Assembly: GCA_930990555.1 (NCBI GenBank)
Contig: CAKNPW010000001.1
Span: 35,007-99,006, forward strand
From: an uncultured Clostridium sp.
GTDB lineage: Bacteria; Bacillota; Clostridia; TANB77; CAG-508
DNA length: 64,000 nucleotides
Reading direction: 5' to 3'
In this document: piece by piece, positions 58,130 to 64,000 of the stretch
How positions within the stretch are numbered: the stretch's first letter is position 1
Layout of the letters: every line of letters starts with the position of its first letter
Notes under the pieces: generated by a model
What the model was told of the DNA's origin: nothing
What the model saw: the letters and a program-made list of their open reading frames with translations, nothing else
Database searches by the model: none
Program-made: the position numbers and the translations under genes

Positions 58130-59686
58130 CTATCTAATCTTTTTAATACATAAATTTTCGATATTAACAACTTTAGTTGCTAAATCTTTATAAAAACCTG
58201 CCTCGTGAGAAACCAAGATAACAGTTCCCTTAAATTCTGTTAAAGCCTTTTGTAATTCTTCTTTTGTATCTGCATCTAAATGATTGGTAGGCTCATCCAA
58301 TATTAATAAATTACAAGGTTTTAGTATTAATTTGCATAACTTAACCTTTGCTTGTTCCCCACCACTTAGTGTAGAAATAGGTTGCATAACATGTTCTCTT
58401 TTTATTCCACAATCAGCTAAATGTTTTCTAACTTGTTTTTGTGTTAATTTAGGAAATTCTCTGAAAATTATATTAAGTGGTATATCTTCTGGATTTTCCC
58501 ATTTTAAATCTTGTTCATAATAGCCTATACTTTTAATAGTTTCTGAGAACTTAAAATTTCCAGAAATAGGTTTAATTTCTCCCATAATAGTTTTTAATAA
58601 CGTTGATTTTCCAATTCCATTAAATCCTGTTATAACTAATTTTTCTTCATTTTGCACATCAAATTTCATTTTTGGAAGTAATGGATAATAATATCCTACT
58701 TCTAAATCATTTACTTCTAATATTACTTGTGCAGTACTTTGTATACAATTAAAATGAAAATGAGGTTTACTAGTAAAAGACGGTTTTTCTATTTTTTCCA
58801 TCTTCTCTAATTTCTTTTCTCTACTTTTAGCCATCTGAGCAGTTGATGCCCTAACCTTATTTTTCGCAATGTAATCTTCTAGTCTTTTTATTTCTCTTTG
58901 TTGTGAATTATATTGTCTTATATAATCTTCCCTTAAAAATTCTTTTTGTTTTAAAAAACTAGAATATGTTCCTTTGTATTTTTTCATTTTATTAAATTCT
59001 ATATCACAAATACAAGTTGTAACTTTCTCTAAAAAATCAAAATCATGTGATACAATTATAAATGCACCTTTAAAACTTTGTAAATATTCAGCAAGCCACT
59101 CTACATGTTCTTTATCTAAAAAGTTAGTTGGTTCATCTAGTACCAAGACTTCTGGTTTTTGTAAAAGTAATTTTGCTAAAATTACTTTTGCTCTTTGCCC
59201 ACCACTTAAGTTTTTTAGGCAATTTTCCATTCCAAGGGCTGTTATTCCTAATCCACTTGCAACTTTTTGTATTGTGCTATCTATTGCATAAAAATTTCTT
59301 TCTTCTAATTCTTCCTGATATTTCGAAACTTTATTTAGTATAGTTTCATTATAATCTTCTGCCATTTTCTCATATAATTTATTTAATTCTTCTTCTAATT
59401 TATATAAGTCTTTAAATGCTGTTCTTAAATAATCAAAAATTGTTTGTTCCTCTTCTACTATTGCATATTGATCTAACTTTCCTATTGTAATACCATTTTG
59501 CCATCTTACAGTTCCTTTATCTGGTAAAATTTCTCCTAATAATATTTTTATTAGGGTACTTTTTCCTGCACCATTTTGACCTACAATTCCCATATGTTCA
59601 CCTTTATATAGTTCAAAAGAAGAATCTTTATATAATAATTTGTCTCCAAATGAATGTGTTAAATTTTCTACTTCTAATAGTGCCAT
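58130..59686 (-). CDS. ABC-F family ATPase (tandem NBDs, no TMD)
   Basis: Two Walker A motifs (GQNGAGKST, GFNGIGKST), two ABC signatures (LSGGQRAK, LSGGEQAK), inter-domain linker, 518 aa. Confidence 0.8.
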   Translation of the reverse strand: MALLEVENLTHSFGDKLLYKDSSFELYKGEHMGIVGQNGAGKSTLIKILLGEILPDKGTVRWQNGITIGKLDQYAIVEEEQTIFDYLRTAFKDLYKLEEELNKLYEKMAEDYNETILNKVSKYQEELEERNFYAIDSTIQKVASGLGITALGMENCLKNLSGGQRAKVILAKLLLQKPEVLVLDEPTNFLDKEHVEWLAEYLQSFKGAFIIVSHDFDFLEKVTTCICDIEFNKMKKYKGTYSSFLKQKEFLREDYIRQYNSQQREIKRLEDYIAKNKVRASTAQMAKSREKKLEKMEKIEKPSFTSKPHFHFNCIQSTAQVILEVNDLEVGYYYPLLPKMKFDVQNEEKLVITGFNGIGKSTLLKTIMGEIKPISGNFKFSETIKSIGYYEQDLKWENPEDIPLNIIFREFPKLTQKQVRKHLADCGIKREHVMQPISTLSGGEQAKVKLCKLILKPCNLLILDEPTNHLDADTKEELQKALTEFKGTVILVSHEAGFYKDLATKVVNIENLCIKKIR

Positions 59687-60011
59687 CTTTTCCTCCCCAA
59701 ATTTCGGTCAATATGTAATTTATATCTCTGTAAAAGCATTTCTACTCCATAACTAAAGTGGAGTATGTACATCTATAGGCTTATATTTTCTATCTGTATA
59801 TTGATAAATTACATAAAACCAATAATTACATATAGATTATACAAAGTTTTTTTAAGTTTATCAATTACTTAAATTATTTATTATCCTTTGTTTCACATTT
59901 TCTAAAATAAAAATATTGTTTTTATTTACAAAATATGGTATAATAAAAGTTGACCTATAAACATTTTTATCAAAGCAACGGGAAGAATTTTCCCTTTAAG
60001 GAGGTAATTTT

Positions 60012-60353
60012 ATGAAAAAAGCATTATTAATTTACAACGATTTTAATCGGGAAACTCAAAAAACGTTAAACGATATAACCGAGCTCTTGGTTAATACTTT
60101 AAGAAAATTAGGTATTGAAGATTGTACTGTTGATACCTGTCAAATGACATGTAGTAAAGAAAAATCTGAGGAATATGATATAGTAGCTGGATATCATATC
60201 AAAACCGATACCGAGCTATATTTAAGTGACAAATTCCCTGGTAGATATGTTCATTTTTTTGACAGTCATCACAAGTTTGCCTTTGCGAACGTTACAAAAC
60301 ATGAAGAAATGGGCGGTTATATGATGTACACGATTTCTCCAATTACCGTGTAA
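60012..60353 (+). CDS. Hypothetical protein (GC-elevated)
   Basis: 113 aa, good RBS AAGGAGG, extended -10 TGnTATAAT at 59931-59943, strong terminator downstream. Confidence 0.5.
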   Translation: MKKALLIYNDFNRETQKTLNDITELLVNTLRKLGIEDCTVDTCQMTCSKEKSEEYDIVAGYHIKTDTELYLSDKFPGRYVHFFDSHHKFAFANVTKHEEMGGYMMYTISPITV

Positions 60354-60366
60354 ATTAAAAACTTTT

Positions 60367-60417
60367 CCCCACAGAATCAATCTAATTGATTGACCCTGCG
60401 GGGTTTTTCTTGTTTTT
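60367..60417. terminator. Bidirectional terminator
   Basis: CCCCACAG ... CTGCGGGG stem followed by TTTTTCTTGTTTTT. Confidence 0.6.
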
Positions 60418-61468
60418 AATCTGATTGTCTACTAGTATGTAATAATTTTACTAAATCAATTAAATTATTACACTTTTTCCACGCCATCGAAATTTTATTT
60501 TTAAAATTAACATATATAATTGCAACTAGTAATGATGCTAAAAATATAATAATTTGAATTGAATTATTTAATACATTATTACCAGATACATATTTATTAA
60601 AAATATCTATAAATGCTAAATGTAATATATAAATATGTGTTGAATATTTTCTTCCTATAATTGCCAGTATATTTTCATCTCTTACTTGTTTTACTTGAAT
60701 TGCAAATAAAAATATAGCAATAGCTAAAAAAGTTGTACTAATATAAATATCTCCTATAGCGTCCATTTTTTTAATAGTTAATATATGTTCTTCTAATACT
60801 GTAGTTAGTACAAATATTGGTATTAAAATTGTTAACTTTTTTATTGAAAATTTTTTAATTAAATTTTCTTTATTTTTATATAGTAAATCTCCTATTAAAA
60901 AATATGGTAGACCTATAAATAAAAAGTTTCTCATATAAATTGGATCATAATCTTTGTTAAATAAGACTATTGCATATTCTCCAAATATAATATTTGTTAC
61001 CAATAATACTGGTATTAAAAAGTACATCTTTTTTCGTATGTTCAACTTATCTGCAATATATGTAATAATTAGAACATATAAAAGTGCATTTAAGTACCAT
61101 AAATGAAATGCAACTGGTGAACTATTAAAAATAAGAGATTTGAATATATCTTCTTTAGTAGGTAAATCTATCTTTCCATTTATCATTATTCCAAATATAA
61201 AATATAAACAGTTAGCTAATATTATAAGTATTAATACCTTTTTTATCTGTTTTAATGGTGATTTTGAAGTTTTATAATAAAAATAACCTGTTATCATAAA
61301 AAATATTGGTACTGCAATTCTACACAAAGGCGTTATAATATCACCAAGATTATCTTTATATGAAATATGAATACATATAACTAAAAATGCACATATTACT
61401 TTTAATACGTCTAAATTATTTAGTCTTTTACCTTTTCTTTCTTCCAATTCTATACCTCGTTTACTCAT
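60416..61468 (-). CDS. Acyltransferase family 3 (membrane O-acyltransferase, OatA-like core)
   Basis: 350 aa, about 10 TM segments, conserved N-terminal LKxICAFLVICIH region of the acyltransferase_3 family. Confidence 0.65.
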   Translation of the reverse strand: MSKRGIELEERKGKRLNNLDVLKVICAFLVICIHISYKDNLGDIITPLCRIAVPIFFMITGYFYYKTSKSPLKQIKKVLILIILANCLYFIFGIMINGKIDLPTKEDIFKSLIFNSSPVAFHLWYLNALLYVLIITYIADKLNIRKKMYFLIPVLLVTNIIFGEYAIVLFNKDYDPIYMRNFLFIGLPYFLIGDLLYKNKENLIKKFSIKKLTILIPIFVLTTVLEEHILTIKKMDAIGDIYISTTFLAIAIFLFAIQVKQVRDENILAIIGRKYSTHIYILHLAFIDIFNKYVSGNNVLNNSIQIIIFLASLLVAIIYVNFKNKISMAWKKCNNLIDLVKLLHTSRQSD

Positions 61469-61596
61469 TTGTACTTTAATATATCATTTATTCTATATTC
61501 TTTAAACTATAAGCTTATAGTTTATATTCTAAACTCAAAAAACTATATACTCATTTGTATATAGTTTATATATTATTATATTATTTGGTACATCTT

Positions 61597-62499
61597 TTAT
61601 AAGCTAACCCATTCTTCTGCCCATTCATTTGGTATCTTTAAATTTCCTTTTCCACAACCCATATCAATTTTAGGTTTATTTCTACCATGGTAATCGCTAC
61701 CACCACTTTTAAAATACTTTCTTTTGTTACATAAATCTATTAGATATTTAATCTGTTCTTCTGCAAATATACTATGCATACATTCAATCCCATCAATGTC
61801 ATACTTTTCTAGAATATCATCTATTAATTTGTACTTATCTTTTGCCCATTTGTATATAAACAAATGTGGTAAAAAAACTAACCCGCCACATTCTTTAATA
61901 ACTTTAACAGCCTCTTCTGTAGTTGGATAATCTGGTGTTTTATCAATATACAATGGATAGTTTTCGTCTCCACAATATTTCTTAGAAAACACATCAAATT
62001 CACTCCATAAATCTTCTGGTAATTTAGCTTGATTTTCTGGATGTTTTTTTATTTCATTATATATTGTTACACTGCCCCAATCATTTTTCGGATTCCATTC
62101 TATTTCTTCCTTTTGGCTCATAATAAGACCCATTTTTAATGCTTTTTCGTATTGAATATTAAAATACTTTGTTTGTAATTTTTCTCTCGATTTATCTTTA
62201 TAGAATTCTTTTGTCCATTCCTTCATTTTATTCGTATTTATTTGATAACCTAATACTTCAATTAAATTTTTTCCATAACTACATTTTATCTCGATTCCTG
62301 GAATTATTTTACCATGATAATATTCTTTTATATCTATTTTTTCTAATTCTTCATATCCATTACAATTATCATGGTCTGTGATTGAAATATAGTCTAAGTT
62401 CTTTTCTTCAGCTTTTTTTAATAAGTCTATTACAGAATCAGTTCCGTCTGAATTAGTAGAATGCATATGTAAATCAATCATCTCTATCTTCTCCTTCAA
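61597..62499 (-). CDS. PHP domain phosphoesterase
   Basis: IDLHMHSTNSDG and ITDHD motifs, plus metal ligands along the 300 aa. Confidence 0.75.
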   Translation of the reverse strand: MKEKIEMIDLHMHSTNSDGTDSVIDLLKKAEEKNLDYISITDHDNCNGYEELEKIDIKEYYHGKIIPGIEIKCSYGKNLIEVLGYQINTNKMKEWTKEFYKDKSREKLQTKYFNIQYEKALKMGLIMSQKEEIEWNPKNDWGSVTIYNEIKKHPENQAKLPEDLWSEFDVFSKKYCGDENYPLYIDKTPDYPTTEEAVKVIKECGGLVFLPHLFIYKWAKDKYKLIDDILEKYDIDGIECMHSIFAEEQIKYLIDLCNKRKYFKSGGSDYHGRNKPKIDMGCGKGNLKIPNEWAEEWVSL

Positions 62500-62508
62500 T
62501 TTCTTTTT

Positions 62509-62538
62509 GAACTTTAAGCCCCATCCCTAAAGTTCATC
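62509..62538. repeat. Family-B palindromic repeat, copy B5 (core only; contains the stop of the upstream gene)
   Basis: tgaactttaagccccatccctaaagttcat. Confidence 0.6.
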
Positions 62539-63222
62539 TTTCTCTTTTTTCCAAAACATCCATCTTTTATGTTTTATCTTTTTATATTTTTCTTTATCAG
62601 GATAGTAAATATATTCTCCAGTTTCTGCATCTACTAAACATCTTAAAAGTGGAAAATCTTCATAAACTAAATCACCATCCCAATCTGTTACTTCATCATA
62701 TTTTCTATCATAATCACTTCCAGCTGTATCACCACCTAGAACTTGTATTTGCCAATACTTTTTATTATTTAATTCTATTAGATCTATTTTAGTTTTTTTA
62801 AAGCCAAGATATGTATAACGATATTTTTTTGCTCTACAAAAATCAGATTTAAGATTAATATTTCTAGTTGCTATTTCATATGCAGTTCCTTTTGATATCG
62901 GAAAACCATAATTTTCATCAGCATCTTCTCCCCAGTAAAAATCTCCATCTTCCACATAATCGTCTATATCTTCTTCATCGTCCCTATCTCCAAAAAATAG
63001 GCAATAAACTTGATATGTAGCACTATTTTTAAAACGATCTTTTATTTTATCTTTCAAACTTTTCTTTGGTTCTTCAGTGTCTTCTTCTAACTCATCTTCT
63101 ACATCGTCTAAATTATATATATCTTTATAAAATGAATTTTCTATATCCTCTTGTGTAATATTGCCCAGATTTAATATAGAATCATTTTTACGTTTATTTT
63201 CCATCTTTATTCTCACTTTCAT
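62527..63222 (-). CDS. Hypothetical acidic protein
   Basis: 231-aa ORF, D/E/Y-rich, no recognised motif. Confidence 0.45.
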   Translation of the reverse strand: MKVRIKMENKRKNDSILNLGNITQEDIENSFYKDIYNLDDVEDELEEDTEEPKKSLKDKIKDRFKNSATYQVYCLFFGDRDDEEDIDDYVEDGDFYWGEDADENYGFPISKGTAYEIATRNINLKSDFCRAKKYRYTYLGFKKTKIDLIELNNKKYWQIQVLGGDTAGSDYDRKYDEVTDWDGDLVYEDFPLLRCLVDAETGEYIYYPDKEKYKKIKHKRWMFWKKEKDEL

Positions 63223-63982
63223 TATTTTTATTTGTTGAATATAACTCTTCTAACTCTTTAAATTCTTCGTAAAGTTCAGAATTCTTTTCAATCTCTTCCC
63301 ATTCTTTTTTATATTTTTTCATATTTTCTTCATGATTTTTATATGTTTTAGAAAAATTATTATATATATCTTCCATATAATTTAGTTCTTCTATATATGT
63401 TGTTTTAGGCATAGAACTACTTACATTCCATGTTTTAAAGATTTCATAATAATAAGGATATGCTTCTTTTACTAAACTTCTTAATTTATAGAAATCATCT
63501 GTATCATATTTTACATTAACAAAATCTAACATTTCTTTAAATAGTTTTACAAATTTTTCTTTTTCTAAATTATATAAATCTTCATACGTTTCTCCTTCTT
63601 TTAACTCAAAATCCCTATAAAAATTTGCAAAATGCTTATAATCTCCAGCTGGATAATTTAATTCGTAGTATAAATCCTCTAAACACATAATATTTTCTAC
63701 TTCGTCTGTAGCTATTACCTCTTCATAATCTGCTTCTACTTCTCTATCTATTGAGCCATATTTTACCTGGTTTAAAGTTTCCATTAAACTATCATGATAA
63801 TAGTGGTAACAAGTATTTATTTCTTCTATCCATTTTTCAAAATTCCAATTCTCATCATATTTTTTATTTTTATATTCCATCATTTCTTTAAAAACAGATA
63901 TCAATTTTTGTATTTTTTCGTCTTTTAATTTTTCGTAGCCTTTTTCTTTTAGTTCTTCTTCAATTTCTTCATATTGATTCAA
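63194..63982 (-). CDS. Hypothetical acidic protein (E/K/Y-rich)
   Basis: 262-aa ORF overlapping the downstream ORF. The start may lie at or beyond 63982. Confidence 0.4.
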   Translation of the reverse strand: MNQYEEIEEELKEKGYEKLKDEKIQKLISVFKEMMEYKNKKYDENWNFEKWIEEINTCYHYYHDSLMETLNQVKYGSIDREVEADYEEVIATDEVENIMCLEDLYYELNYPAGDYKHFANFYRDFELKEGETYEDLYNLEKEKFVKLFKEMLDFVNVKYDTDDFYKLRSLVKEAYPYYYEIFKTWNVSSSMPKTTYIEELNYMEDIYNNFSKTYKNHEENMKKYKKEWEEIEKNSELYEEFKELEELYSTNKNNESENKDGK

Positions 63983-64000
63983 TTCACTTACTATTCGGTT

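Noticed and set aside
59741-59830. Possible upstream leader peptide for the ABC-F gene
   Set aside because: The only ATG-initiated frame through the hairpin runs without a stop into the main gene in a different frame. I could not define a bounded leader ORF, so it is not reported as a feature.
1-64000. tRNA, rRNA and tmRNA genes
   Set aside because: I searched by eye for T-arm (GTTCGAATCC/GGTTCGATTCC-like) and tmRNA 3'-end motifs and for rRNA-like GC-rich blocks, and found none. The absence could be a limit of manual scanning.

Overview
AT-rich (roughly 25-30% GC) chromosomal segment of a low-GC Firmicute, most likely a sporulating member of the Clostridia. Supporting cues are a Spo0E-like phosphatase, a SpoVK/CbbX-type AAA+ protein, a YolD plus Y-family polymerase pair, a DUF1540 protein, Asp23, and a Tyr T-box leader on tyrS. 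Nearly all genes are on the minus strand. Housekeeping genes: tyrS, metG, argS, glmM, fba, polA, galE, nadD, plsC, smpB, nfo, rsmF-like, a peroxiredoxin and a RelQ-like alarmone synthetase. Transport genes: two tandem pairs of half-size ABC exporters (one pair under a divergent TetR, with a 5' frameshift), a P-type ATPase and an ABC-F protein. Noteworthy content: (1) an off-cluster MurD-like ligase translationally coupled to a QueC-like PP-loop/zinc-ribbon ATPase, resembling a MurD2/MurL pair; (2) a putative accessory island (16.6-23.4 kb) with a GC-elevated orphan ORF, two tandem epsilon/zeta-like toxin-antitoxin modules and an 818-aa SpoVK/CbbX-like AAA+ protein with a large unknown N-terminal domain, coupled to a GIY-YIG nuclease; (3) a small orphan CRISPR array (5 repeats of 30 nt, no cas genes in the window); (4) two families of interspersed palindromic repeats (8 and 5 copies) that repeatedly abut or overlap stop codons; (5) two pseudogenes (a GNAT acetyltransferase and the ABC exporter 5' end). 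No rRNA, tRNA or tmRNA genes were detected. All calls rest on reading the six-frame translations and the nucleotide sequence; no database searches were run.
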